Shown piece after piece: positions 10,301-20,769 of a stretch of DNA of 64,000 nt (its first letter is position 1; each line of letters starts with the position of its first letter). Below the pieces are notes generated by a model. It was not told the origin of the DNA and searched no databases. It was given only the letters and a program-made list of their open reading frames with translations. A program made the translations under genes and the position numbers. Origin of the DNA: Candidatus Eremiobacteria bacterium (lineage in GTDB: Bacteria; Vulcanimicrobiota; Vulcanimicrobiia; Vulcanimicrobiales; Vulcanimicrobiaceae); NCBI GenBank assembly GCA_963737065.1, contig CAVTRC010000001.1:1504001-1568000 (forward strand), given 5' to 3'.

Positions 10301-12623
10301 AGCAACGGGAATATCAACGTTGCCGGGTTTGCGTTACCGCAACTTCGCGATCGGCGATACGCGCGCGGTTTGGGCTAGTTCGCACAATCTGATGAAAGGT
10401 TCGCTCGTGGTGGGCGGCGCGCAAGGCGTGATGCGCGTCAACGGCTCCATCGGCTTCACGCCGTCGTCATCGTGGTTGCACGTGTTGCGCGATTCGCGGT
10501 ACAACGTGTCGATCGACGTGGACGATCTCAACCCCTCGACGTGGCTCGGCGCTTTCGGATTCGGACAAATTCCGATGAGCGGACGGCTCGACGCGGATGC
10601 GAGAATCGAAGGGCGTTATCCGCGCTTGCACGTGAACGGCACGTCGTCGCTGAACGGCGGCAGCATCGGTCCGTTGCCGATCGAGGGCGCGGACTTGGCG
10701 TTTTCGTCGCTCGGCGATCGGCTGCGCATCGATTCGGCGAGCATGGTCACGTCGGGACTGACCGCAACGGCAAGCGGATCGTTCGGACTTGCGGCGACCG
10801 ATCCGATCGACGTCGACGTGTATTTAAATTCGAACGACATGCCGCGGCTGATCGACCAAATCTGGCGCAGAACGGTGCAGCTGCAAGGCGTCTATGAATC
10901 GACGATCAGCGTGCGCGGCACGCCGCGAAACCCGCAATTCGCAGCCGGGTTCGATGCAACAAACGCGGTCGTGTACGGCGTGAAAATTCCGTCGATCTTC
11001 GGATCGCTTCGATGGAATCTCAAGACGAAGACAATTCAGCTCAGTAACGCGGGCGCGCAGTTCGAACACGGCGAGATTTCACTCGCGGGATCGCTTCCGC
11101 TCACCCTGCGTCCGTTCGGCGCCGGACCGCCGCGCGCACCGATCGATCTCGATCTCGCCGTAACGGCGCTCGATCCGTCGACGTTTCAAACCTTGTTGGG
11201 AAATAACACGCAACTCGGTGGGACGATTGACGGCCAGCTTTCGGTGGCGGGGTCGGTCGGTACGCCGCGCGTCTACGGCCGTTTCTCGCTCGCAAAGGGA
11301 AGCTACGTCAGCGACCTCGAGCGCAAGCCGATCAAGAACGCAAACGCGACGCTGACGTTCGATCGCACGCAAGCGACGGTGCAGCACGTCTCGGCCGACT
11401 TCGGCGCGGGCAGTATCGCGGCATCGGGACACGTCGCGTTCGCGACGGGTTCGGGCAACACGTCGTATCGCGTCGAAGCGACCGCGAGGAACGCGCAGCT
11501 CGATATCCCGGCGCTTGGAAGCGGCGCCGTGGACGGACGCATCGCCCTGAACCGCACGGCGAATGAGTTGGCCCGCGTGAGCGGCGATCTCACGCTCCAT
11601 GACGCGGCGATTCCGTTCGCCGCGTTCCTTGCGGCGACGCAAGGCGGCAACGACGGCGGCGGTGGACCGGCGTTCCCGTTCGACCTCGGCTTTAATATGA
11701 AGCTCGCGGTCGGCAAAAACGTCCGCGTCCGCGGTTCGGGCTATGGCGCGGGGCTCGATATCGGCGCGGCGGGATCGGTGAATCTCGCCGGCACGCTGAC
11801 GTCCCCGACGCTCGACGGCCAATTTCGCGGGACGGGCGGAACGCTGACCTATTTCGACCGCGCGTTCCGGCTAACGGATGCCGTCGTGACCTTCACGCCC
11901 TCGCAAGGCATCATTCCGACGCTGCACGCGCAAGGCGTCACGCACGTAACGAATCCCGATCCCCGCGTGCTGGCGCATTCGACCGATGTCACGATCAACG
12001 TCAACGGACCGATCAACGGACTGAAGATTGCCTTCTCTACGAACCCGCCGGGGTACACGAACGAACAAATTCTCGCGATGATCGCACCCTTCAGCGGGCT
12101 CGTCGGCGGCACGAACTACATTCCGACCGGCTCGAACAATCCGACGATCAACGGCGTCACGCCGCAAGGCGCGCTCAACGTCGTGCCCGGCGCGCAGCCG
12201 ATCGGACAACCGTCGTCGGCGATCAGCGTCGGACAGGAAGCGTTCAATATTCTCAACGCGCAGTTTAGCGCGGGTGTGCTTTCGCCGGTCGAGAGCGCGC
12301 TCTCGCAAGGGCTCGGTTTCCAGAACTTCGACGTAAACGTGGACTACTACGGAAACGTCGGCTTTTCGGCGACCCGTCTTCTCGGCAAGACGGTGAACTT
12401 CATATACTCTCAAACGTTCGGCACGCCGTCGCTCTATTCGGCCGGCTTGCAGTTCGTCGGGCCATCGGATACGAGCGCGCAGCTGTCGTTTTTCTGGTCC
12501 ACCGGCCCGCAAGTATTGTTTAAAACGCCCGCCGGTATCTCGACGTCGACGCATCTCTCGGTCGGCCAGCCGCTCCAAGGGCAGAGTGGTTTTGCCTTTA
12601 ACTTGCAACGGCTCTATTGGTGA
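7391..12623 (+). CDS. tamB: TamB / AsmA-like translocation and assembly module protein (one frameshift near 10330)
   Basis: N-terminal TM anchor, long beta-rich body, DUF490-like C-terminus; ORFs 7391-10378 and 10134-12623 join; directly upstream of bamA. Confidence 0.88.
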
Positions 12624-12771
12624 TTTCCACAGCTTCTATGGAAGGCAAGGACCGTCGCCCGCTACCGCGAACCTCGGGCCGGAACTCTGAAAGCCGATGC
12701 GCGTGCTTCCCGCGCGTCGCCTCGCTGACGCCCATCAGGGCTTTCGCCCGTATAGAGGACAACGTTTTCGC

Positions 12772-15030
12772 ATGACCTTAGACCTCCGGCGTGCCGTGCT
12801 CGCCCTCGTTGTCGTGTTGACGCTCGTCTCGCCGCTCGCGGCGTTTTCGGCGTCGGCTCCGGCTGCGCCGAAGATCGTCTCCGTCGATATCACGGGCAAC
12901 GCGCACGTTCCGACCGCGGCCATTATGCAAGTCGTGCAGGCGCGTCCCGGTGAGGTCTACGATCCGCGTATCGTGCAGCAAGATCTTGCGAACATCAATG
13001 CGCTCGGCTATTTCGCCGACGTCGCGCCGCCGCTCGTGCGCGCGCGTCCCGGCGGCGTCGCCATCACGTATCGCGTCATCGAAAATCCCGTCATCAGCAA
13101 GATCAGTTTCGTCGGCAATCAGAAGGTGCCGAACGATACGCTTCTCGCGCTGATGGATCTTTCCGTCGGTCAGGTGTTCAACACGAACACGTTTCGTCAG
13201 GACGTGCTGAAGATCAACAATTACTACGAGCGCATCGGCTACGGCGGCCAAGTCCCCTCGCACGTCAAGGACATCAATCTCGACCCGAAGACCGGTGCAT
13301 TGGCGCTGACGATTCAAGAAGGTTTGATCGTCAAGAACATCATCATCGGCGGCGACCCGGTGCTTCCCCCGAGCGTCATCATCCCGCAACTGACGCTCAA
13401 ACCGGGAATGGTGTATTCCGACGAGATCCGGCAAAAAGACGCCCAGGCGTTGCGCAAGTTCTACGAAGACAAGTTCAAAGTGGAGCTGGGGAACTTTGAA
13501 GGCGGCATCGATCCCGCCACGATCGATGAGAAAGCCGGCACCGCGGACGTGAAATACAACGTCTACGTCGCGCGCGTCGCGGCGGTCCAGATTACCGGGA
13601 ACACGCGAACGAAGGACCAAGTGATCCGCCGCGAATTGCGCGTGCGCCCCGGCATGGTCGTGAACACCGACTGGATCAAGAGCGATTACGAACGCTTGCA
13701 GGCGACCGGATATTTTTCAAAGGTCAATCCGGATATTAAAGAAGGCCCGGATCCGAAGAAGCCGCAGGACGTCACGCTCGTGTGGGAAGTCAGCGAACAG
13801 CGGACGGCATCGGCGAACATCGGCTTCGGATACTCGGGCGGTATCACCGGCCAAGGCTTGTACGGAACGCTCGGATACCAAGACACGAACCTGCACGGCA
13901 CCGGCAACTCGGCGTCGGTGCAATTCCAGCGCGGCTCGCGCACGTATCTCGGACAGATCGGCGTAACGGTTCCCTACGTCGGCAACACGCCGCAATCGCA
14001 GCGCTATTCGCTCAGCGTCAACGTCTTCGACAACGGATCAACGTATTATTATCCGGTCTACTCGGCGACGAGCTCGACGATTGTTGCGCCGGCGCCCGTC
14101 GTCGGTGCGACGCAGCCGCCGATTCCCGTTACGCTCTATCCGAGCACGTCGTCCTCGCTCATCGGCGGCGTCGTCTCGACCAGCTACTCGGCATCGCTCG
14201 GTGGTTCGGTTTCAGTCGGACGTCGCTTGAGCGACTACGTGACCGCGTCGATTACGCCGACGCTCGAAAAAGTGAAGTACGATACGTCGGTTCCGTCGCC
14301 GTACTACTTCCAAGGGTCGCAGCCGAACGTGCTCGCCGGCCCGACGCCGAATCCGCTCAACTCGAATATCGCGAACATCAACGGCTCGTTCGGTATCGCG
14401 GCAACGTCGATCGCAAACGTGAACACCGGGTTGCCGTACCAGTTGAACTACTTAACGTTTGGCCTCGGCACGTCGCCGATCACGATGGACGACCCGTACA
14501 ATCCGCGGCGCGGCTGGCGCGCGAATCTTTCCGAAACCGTCTCGGTTCCGGGATTAGGCTCGAGCTTCAACTACACGGCGACGCAGCTCGATCTCGCGCG
14601 GTTCTTACCGGTGCTCAAATCGGCCACGCTCGGTCTGCACTTGCAGCCGCAGACGACGACCGGCGTGATCCCGCCCAGCCAGCTCTACACGTTCTCCGAT
14701 CAGCAGATGCGCGGCTACAACACGGTCTTTTACGCGACCGATGCGGCGCTCGGACAGATCGAATTGCGCCAACCGCTCACGTCGGACCGGAAGTTGGTAC
14801 TGGCGCTCTTTGCCGATGGGTTGGAGTATCGCATTCGCGGTGCGTATCCGCTGCTCGATCCGTACACGAACCGCATCACGGGATATCCGGGGAACTGGGC
14901 AACCGTCGGTGACATCGGCGCCGGTTTACGATTCGACATTCCGCAACTCAATCTGCGCACCGTGCGCATCGACTTTGCCAAGGGCGCCAACGGCACGCAT
15001 ATGAGCTTCGGCATCGGCCAAAGCTTTTAG
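12772..15030 (+). CDS. bamA: Omp85/BamA outer membrane assembly factor
   Basis: Signal peptide, about three POTRA repeats (ITGNTRTKDQVIRREL), QMRGY motif, C-terminal FGIGQSF; start may be 12697. Confidence 0.92.
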   Translation: MTLDLRRAVLALVVVLTLVSPLAAFSASAPAAPKIVSVDITGNAHVPTAAIMQVVQARPGEVYDPRIVQQDLANINALGYFADVAPPLVRARPGGVAITYRVIENPVISKISFVGNQKVPNDTLLALMDLSVGQVFNTNTFRQDVLKINNYYERIGYGGQVPSHVKDINLDPKTGALALTIQEGLIVKNIIIGGDPVLPPSVIIPQLTLKPGMVYSDEIRQKDAQALRKFYEDKFKVELGNFEGGIDPATIDEKAGTADVKYNVYVARVAAVQITGNTRTKDQVIRRELRVRPGMVVNTDWIKSDYERLQATGYFSKVNPDIKEGPDPKKPQDVTLVWEVSEQRTASANIGFGYSGGITGQGLYGTLGYQDTNLHGTGNSASVQFQRGSRTYLGQIGVTVPYVGNTPQSQRYSLSVNVFDNGSTYYYPVYSATSSTIVAPAPVVGATQPPIPVTLYPSTSSSLIGGVVSTSYSASLGGSVSVGRRLSDYVTASITPTLEKVKYDTSVPSPYYFQGSQPNVLAGPTPNPLNSNIANINGSFGIAATSIANVNTGLPYQLNYLTFGLGTSPITMDDPYNPRRGWRANLSETVSVPGLGSSFNYTATQLDLARFLPVLKSATLGLHLQPQTTTGVIPPSQLYTFSDQQMRGYNTVFYATDAALGQIELRQPLTSDRKLVLALFADGLEYRIRGAYPLLDPYTNRITGYPGNWATVGDIGAGLRFDIPQLNLRTVRIDFAKGANGTHMSFGIGQSF

Positions 15031-15050
15031 CGTTCTTGAAGTAAGGAACA

Positions 15051-15854
15051 ATGAAGAAACGGCTCATCTCATCTCTCGTTGCTACGGCGATGCTTGCGGC
15101 GGCTATTGCGCCGGCCGCGATCGCCGCCGACTTGACCGATGTCGGCTATATCGATCAGACCGCGCTCGGCAGTCTGCCGCAGTTCGCGGCGGCGAACGCG
15201 CAACTCGCGCAGTATAAAGCCGGGCTCGACCGTCAGTTTGCATCGGCCATGAAATCGGCGCGAACGGATGCCGACAAGCAGAGCATCACGATGCGATTCC
15301 AACAACAATTGCAGGACAAGCAACGCGAGCTCGTCGGGCCGCTGTACCAGCGCGCGCAGCTTGCGCTCGCGTCGGTTGCATCGAAACGCAACCTCTCGAT
15401 CGTCGTCGACAAACGGATCATCGTGTACGGCGGGCAAGACGTCACGAGCGACGTCATCAGCGCGATCCGTAGTCCGCAGGCGCTCAATGCGCCGAGCGCG
15501 TCGCCGCCACCGTCGGAAATCGGCTTCGTCGATCAGTCGGCGCTCGACAATTCGACGAAGGTTCAAGACGCGAACAAACAGCTTCAGCAGTACATGGACC
15601 AACAGCGTCCATCGTTCCAGACGAAGCTCAGAGATGCGAAGACCGACGCGGAAAAGAACGACGTTGCCTCACAGTTCGATAAGCTGGTCGCCGACAAACG
15701 GGACCAGCTCCTCAAGCCGCTCGTGAATCAAACCAAAGACGCCACGGCATCCGTTGCGAAGCAAAAGAACCTGCTGCTCGTCATCGATCGCGGCGACGTG
15801 ATCTACGGAGGCACGGACATCACCCAAGATGTCCAGAATTCGCTCAACAAATAG
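15051..15854 (+). CDS. skp: Skp/OmpH chaperone with two tandem Skp domains
   Basis: Signal peptide; repeats VGYID..VYGGQDVT and IGFVD..IYGGTDIT. Confidence 0.85.
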   Translation: MKKRLISSLVATAMLAAAIAPAAIAADLTDVGYIDQTALGSLPQFAAANAQLAQYKAGLDRQFASAMKSARTDADKQSITMRFQQQLQDKQRELVGPLYQRAQLALASVASKRNLSIVVDKRIIVYGGQDVTSDVISAIRSPQALNAPSASPPPSEIGFVDQSALDNSTKVQDANKQLQQYMDQQRPSFQTKLRDAKTDAEKNDVASQFDKLVADKRDQLLKPLVNQTKDATASVAKQKNLLLVIDRGDVIYGGTDITQDVQNSLNK

Positions 15855-17178
15855 CAGACTTTATCTGTCAAAGATAAACCTTTGCCAGCTAAAGTCGGCG
15901 ACCTCGCGGTCGCTGGTGATCCTCGCGCTAGCCATGTCGGTCGTCGGCTGTTCGCGCGTTGACGTGCACTCGAGCACCGTGCGCGGCGTGGCGTACGTTC
16001 GCATCGACGACGTGATCAAGCACCACCCGCTCTACCCGCAAGTGCAACAGCTTGAGGACGCGGTAACCGCGATCAACCTCGAATCGACGATGCCGCGCGC
16101 GCCGCTTTCGCCACAGGAGATCGCGCAGCAGACCGAGTTGCTCAACAAGCAGCTCAAGGACGCGCAAAACCGCGCGAACGCGGCGATTCAACAGAAGCAG
16201 CGCCAATACAGCGAGCAGGAACGCCAAGCCGATATCGCGGCGCTCAAAGCGGCGAACATCGATCCGCGCGCGGCAGGGCTCGGCGAGCAAATGAACGCGA
16301 CCTCGCAGCAGCAGGCCCAAGCAGCGGCGAATGCTGCGCAGCAAGATTATCAACAGTATCAGCAGAGCGTCGTCGCGCAGGACAACACGGCGGTGACATC
16401 GGTCGCGCAGCAACTCAACAAAGAGGCAGATCAAAAATTCCGCGCGCGCGCCGAGCAGTATCAGCAGCAAGAGACGGATCTGTCACTGCGCCTCGCACAG
16501 CAAGACGCGACGCAACGCCTGGCACTGAAGACCAAAGCGAACAACATCGCGATGGACGCGACGCAACGCAAAGCGGTCGGCGATCAACTTGCGGCACTCG
16601 ACAAGAAAGAGGCGGACCAAGTCGCGGCATTGCGCGCGCAGCACCAGCAGGCTCTCGCTGCGTATCAAAAACAACTGCGCGCTGAAACGACCGCCGCGAT
16701 TCAAAAGCAAGCCGGAGCGATCCGCAGCCAGACGCAAGCGAAGCTTTCGGCGCGCCAGCAGCAAGTCGGTGCCCAATTGCGCGGACTCAACGCCGCGCCC
16801 GTTCCGCAGCAGAGCATTCCGCCCGACGTGCAGCAGCAGCTCGCGAAAATCCATCAGCAGTTCGGGGCGAAGTTCCAGGCCGACGCGCAAGCGACCGTTG
16901 CGCAATACAACGCCACGAAGAGCGATCTCGACAAGCAGTTTGCGGCGCTCCACGGCGAAGACGTCGGAGCGACCGGCGCGGCCGCAAAACAACTGAGCGA
17001 CCTGCAGAAGCGCCACGACGACCTTCTCGCCCAAATTCAGTCCCAGATCCAACGCGAAGCCGATCGAATCGCGAAGGATGACGGGTTCACGGTCGTCTTT
17101 GACAATGTCCAAGCCGCGAACGGCGGCTACGATCTCACCAACGATCTCATCCGCGACGTCGAAAGTCTACACGAGTGA
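15829..17178 (+). CDS. Long coiled-coil Skp-like lipoprotein (true start probably near 15890-15935)
   Basis: Lipobox-like VVGC, VAYVRID N-strand, Q/A-rich helices, GGYDLT C-terminal Skp motif. Confidence 0.72.
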   Translation: MSRIRSTNSRLYLSKINLCQLKSATSRSLVILALAMSVVGCSRVDVHSSTVRGVAYVRIDDVIKHHPLYPQVQQLEDAVTAINLESTMPRAPLSPQEIAQQTELLNKQLKDAQNRANAAIQQKQRQYSEQERQADIAALKAANIDPRAAGLGEQMNATSQQQAQAAANAAQQDYQQYQQSVVAQDNTAVTSVAQQLNKEADQKFRARAEQYQQQETDLSLRLAQQDATQRLALKTKANNIAMDATQRKAVGDQLAALDKKEADQVAALRAQHQQALAAYQKQLRAETTAAIQKQAGAIRSQTQAKLSARQQQVGAQLRGLNAAPVPQQSIPPDVQQQLAKIHQQFGAKFQADAQATVAQYNATKSDLDKQFAALHGEDVGATGAAAKQLSDLQKRHDDLLAQIQSQIQREADRIAKDDGFTVVFDNVQAANGGYDLTNDLIRDVESLHE

Positions 17179-17576
17179 AAAATAAACTGATTCTTACCGC
17201 CCTTGCCGCGGCGTTGCTCGCCGGCTGCGGCAACAGTAGCCCCGTCGGCCTCATCGATATCGGCCGCATCGTGGCCAATTGGAAAACGTATCAGCTGAAC
17301 CAGCAGCAGCTCATGATCGACGAGCAGAAGATCGTGCAAAGCCGCGCATCGAACGCGCAGAAGCAACGCGAAGCGATGGTGCTGCAGAAGAAGTACGCCG
17401 GGATCACCGACGATCTCACCAAGCAGATTCGCGAAGCGGCGCAGAAAGTTGCGTCGCAGAAAAATCTGAAGATCGTCGTGACCAAACAGGGCGTCGGTTA
17501 CGGCGGGGTCGACATCACGGCTGATGTCGAGAAGGTCATGAACATCACGGAAGCGAGCGCGTCACCGAACCCGTAG
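17175..17576 (+). CDS. Short Skp/OmpH-like lipoprotein
   Basis: LLAGC lipobox, VGLIDI, GYGGVDIT. Confidence 0.78.
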   Translation: MKNKLILTALAAALLAGCGNSSPVGLIDIGRIVANWKTYQLNQQQLMIDEQKIVQSRASNAQKQREAMVLQKKYAGITDDLTKQIREAAQKVASQKNLKIVVTKQGVGYGGVDITADVEKVMNITEASASPNP

Positions 17577-17587
17577 GACGACGGAGC

Positions 17588-18616
17588 ATGCTGGGGACGC
17601 TCGCGGATCTGCAAGCGAAAGTCGGGGGGCGCGTTGTCGGCGACGGCTCCGTTACGATTGCACGCGTGTCGTCGGTCGATGAAGCGACGAACGACGCGCT
17701 GACGTTTGCGACCGAGGAGAAGTATCTTGCCGCTGCATTCGCGAGCCCGGCGGCGGCGGTATTGGTCGACGATAGCGTTCCGATGGGCGGCGAACCACCG
17801 CCGAAACCGGTGCTGATCGTCGAGAACGCGCGCGCGGCGCTTGCAACGTTTCTTGCGGCGCTCAAACGCCCGCGCCCGCGCGGACCGTTCCGTCATCCGA
17901 GTGCGATCGTCGAAGAGGGCGCGACGCTCGGCGACGACGTCTATCTCGGTGCAAATGCGTACGTGGGAAGCGGCGCGCACGTCGGCGATCGTTCGACGAT
18001 CGGCGTCGGCGCGTATGTCGGCGCCGACGTGCGAATCGGTGAAGATACGTGGCTGCATCCGCACGCGGTCGTGCATGAAGGCTGCGCGATCGGCAGTCGG
18101 GTAGTGTTGCATACCGGCAGCGTGATCGGCAGCGAAGGCTTTGGCTGGGCGTTCATCGAGGGGCGCTTGGAGCGCATCCCGCAAGTCGGCAACGTAGTGC
18201 TCGACGATGAAGTCGAAATCGGCGCCAATACGTGCGTCGATCGCGCGCAAACCGGAAGCACGCAGATTGGACGCGGCACGAAGATCGATAACTTGGTGCA
18301 GATCGGGCACAACTCGCGCATCGGCATGCACTGCGCGATCGCCGCGCAAACCGGCTTTGCAGGTTCGACGAGCGTCGGAGACTTCGTGAAGATCGCGGGG
18401 CAAGTCGGCACGCGCGGACATATGCACATCGGCTCACGTTCGACGGTTGCCGGACAATCGGGCGTGTGGGGCGACGTCGATGAAGGCGCAATGATTTCGG
18501 GCAATCCCGCGCGCGATCATCGCGAGTGGATGAAAGCGGAGGTCATGATTCGCAGGCTGCCAAAGCTCGTCGCTCGTGTCGACAAGTTGGAGCGCGAGCG
18601 CGAGCACGAAGAATAG
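17588..18616 (+). CDS. lpxD: UDP-3-O-acylglucosamine N-acyltransferase
   Basis: Hexapeptide repeats, IGSEGFG, VEIGANTCVDR, TKIDNLVQIGHN. Confidence 0.96.
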   Translation: MLGTLADLQAKVGGRVVGDGSVTIARVSSVDEATNDALTFATEEKYLAAAFASPAAAVLVDDSVPMGGEPPPKPVLIVENARAALATFLAALKRPRPRGPFRHPSAIVEEGATLGDDVYLGANAYVGSGAHVGDRSTIGVGAYVGADVRIGEDTWLHPHAVVHEGCAIGSRVVLHTGSVIGSEGFGWAFIEGRLERIPQVGNVVLDDEVEIGANTCVDRAQTGSTQIGRGTKIDNLVQIGHNSRIGMHCAIAAQTGFAGSTSVGDFVKIAGQVGTRGHMHIGSRSTVAGQSGVWGDVDEGAMISGNPARDHREWMKAEVMIRRLPKLVARVDKLEREREHEE

Positions 18617-18621
18617 CCGGA

Positions 18622-19427
18622 ATGAACGCCGCAACGCTGCGCGAGCCCTTACGTTTCGAGGGTGTCGGATTACATACCGGAACGCGTGCGACGATGCAAG
18701 TTCAGCCGGCGCAACCCGGCACCGGCTACGTGTTCGTTCGCGGCGAGACGCGTATCCCGCAACCGCGGAACATGCGAACGAATCGCCTCTAGCGACCGTC
18801 ATCGCGCATGAAGGGACCAGCATCTCGACGATCGAGCACATTCTCTCCGCGCTCGTCGCGATGGGCGTTAGCGACGCGGAAATCACGATCGAGGGAGACG
18901 AGATTCCGATTCTCGACGGCAGCGCGAAGATCTACGCGGATGCGATCGCGGAGACCGGACTCCGCACGTCCTCGCAAGCGCGTCCGGTGTTTGCTCCGGC
19001 ACAGCCGTTCGAAATTCGTAACGGCGAGAAAGCCGTCGTCGTTCTTCCCGCCGATGCGTTCCGCGTGCGCTTCGTCGGCGAGTACGGCGCGCCGATCGGC
19101 ACGCACTATTACGATGCGATCATCACGCCTGAACGATACCGGACCGACATCGCGCCCGCACGTACGTTCGCGTTTCTGCGCGACGTGGAAGCGATGCGCG
19201 CGCAAGGTTTGGCGCGCGGCGGCAGCTTGGATAACGCGCTGGTCTATGACGAGGAAGGGCCGATGCAGCCGTTGCAATGGCCGAATGAGGCCGTGCGACA
19301 CAAGGTGCTCGACCTGATCGGAGATTTCGCGCTGCTCGGCGCCTATCCCCAATGCGAAGTAATCGCAATCAAAAGCGGACACGCGCTGCATACGCGCTTG
19401 ACGCGTGAATTGAGGAAACGTGCCTGA
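18622..19427 (+). CDS. lpxC: UDP-3-O-acyl-GlcNAc deacetylase (frameshift near 18760)
   Basis: GVGLHTG in one frame; TIEHILSAL, EIPILDGSA, IAPARTF, HKVLDLIGD, KSGH in the next. Confidence 0.94.
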
Positions 19428-19893
19428 TATCGACATACGGCAGATCATGGAGATTTTGCCGCATCGCTATCCGCTTTTGTTGGTGGATCGCATCATCGAA
19501 CTCGAGCCGGGCGTGCGCGCCCGCGGGTTCAAGAACATCACCTACAACGAACCGGTCTTCACCGGGCACTTTCCAGGCAATCCGCTCTTCCCGGGCGTCT
19601 ACATGATCGAAGCGATGGCGCAGCTCGGCGGCTGCGTCGTGTTGGAACCAGGCGAATTCTCACGCAAGGTTCCCTATCTCGCGGGGATCGACAAGGCAAA
19701 ATTTCGCCGTCCCGTCGTGCCCGGTGACCGGCTGATGATGGAAGTGCGTTTGGTCAAACACAAGCGGAACATCGGCTGGGTCGAAGCGGAAGCGAAAGTC
19801 GAAGAACAGCTTGCGTGCTCCGCCGAACTGATGTTCTCGATCGCATCGGATCCGCGCAGCTTCAGCCTTGACGCGGCCGTCCTCCACGTTTAA
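19420..19893 (+). CDS. fabZ: 3-hydroxyacyl-ACP dehydratase
   Basis: LPHRYPLLLVD, FTGHFP, PGVYMIEAMAQ, FRRPVVPGD. Confidence 0.97.
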   Translation: MPDIDIRQIMEILPHRYPLLLVDRIIELEPGVRARGFKNITYNEPVFTGHFPGNPLFPGVYMIEAMAQLGGCVVLEPGEFSRKVPYLAGIDKAKFRRPVVPGDRLMMEVRLVKHKRNIGWVEAEAKVEEQLACSAELMFSIASDPRSFSLDAAVLHV

Positions 19894-19900
19894 ATGACAA

Positions 19901-19957
19901 GGCACTCCGTGCTTCGCTCTGCGCGCCCCCCACGCAGTGGGGCCCCCGAAAAGCGGG
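19901..19957. repeat. Intergenic cluster of short hairpins (possible second palindromic element)
   Basis: GCAC-TCC-GTGC, GCTTCGC, CCCCAC-GCA-GTGGGG. Confidence 0.45.
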
Positions 19958-19961
19958 CAAC

Positions 19962-20729
19962 GTGATCCATCCGACTGCGATCGTGCATCCTAATGCCAAT
20001 ATTGCGCGCGGGGTGGAGATCGGGCCGTATTGCGTCGTCGGTGAAAACGTGTCGATTTCCGTCGGCACCGTGTTACAGGCACACGTCATCGTCAACGGTT
20101 GGACGGAAGTCGGCGAGAATTGCGAGATCTATCCGTTCGCGACGATCGGTGCAGCATCGCAGGACCGAAAATATCACGGCGAGCGCGCGTACACGAAGAT
20201 CGGCAACAACACGATCGTGCGCGAATACGTCTCGATTCAGCGCGCGACGGGCGAAGATCACGTAACCGCGGTGGGCGACGACTGTTTGTTGCTCGCATAC
20301 ACGCACATCGCGCACAACTGCGTCCTCGGCAACTACGTCACGATGTCGAATCTAGCGCAACTCGCGGGACACGTGGAGGTCGGCGATTACGCGACGATCG
20401 GCGGACAAGCGGGCGTCCATCAATTCACGCGCATCGGTCGCTACGCGATGATCGGCGGCGCAAGTAAGATCAGCAAAGACGTACCGCCGTTCTTTCTCGT
20501 CGAAGGCAATCCCGCGGAACCGTACGGGTTGAACTCGGTCGGGCTGCGACGCGCGGGCTTCAGCATCGCAGAACGCAACGAGATCAAGAAGTTTTACAAG
20601 ATTCTCTACAATCCGAAGATGAACGTCTCGCAGGCGGTCGAAGCGATGAAAGCCGAAGCGTCGAGCGATCCCGGCCGCGAAATCATCGCGTTCCTCGAGT
20701 CTCCCTCGCAACGCGGCATCCTCAAATAG
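19962..20729 (+). CDS. lpxA: UDP-GlcNAc O-acyltransferase
   Basis: IHPTAIV, QDRKY, THIAHNC, LAGHV, VHQFTRIG, GLNSVGLRR. Confidence 0.97.
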   Translation: MIHPTAIVHPNANIARGVEIGPYCVVGENVSISVGTVLQAHVIVNGWTEVGENCEIYPFATIGAASQDRKYHGERAYTKIGNNTIVREYVSIQRATGEDHVTAVGDDCLLLAYTHIAHNCVLGNYVTMSNLAQLAGHVEVGDYATIGGQAGVHQFTRIGRYAMIGGASKISKDVPPFFLVEGNPAEPYGLNSVGLRRAGFSIAERNEIKKFYKILYNPKMNVSQAVEAMKAEASSDPGREIIAFLESPSQRGILK

Positions 20730-20741
20730 CGACATCGCACG

Positions 20742-20765
20742 TGTCATCCTGAGCCCGCCGAAGGA
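20742..20765 (+). repeat. Palindromic repeat copy directly upstream of lpxB
   Basis: TGTCATCCTGAGCCCGCCGAAGGA; terminal GAAGGA lies 4 nt before the lpxB ATG. Confidence 0.85.
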
Positions 20766-20769
20766 CCAC

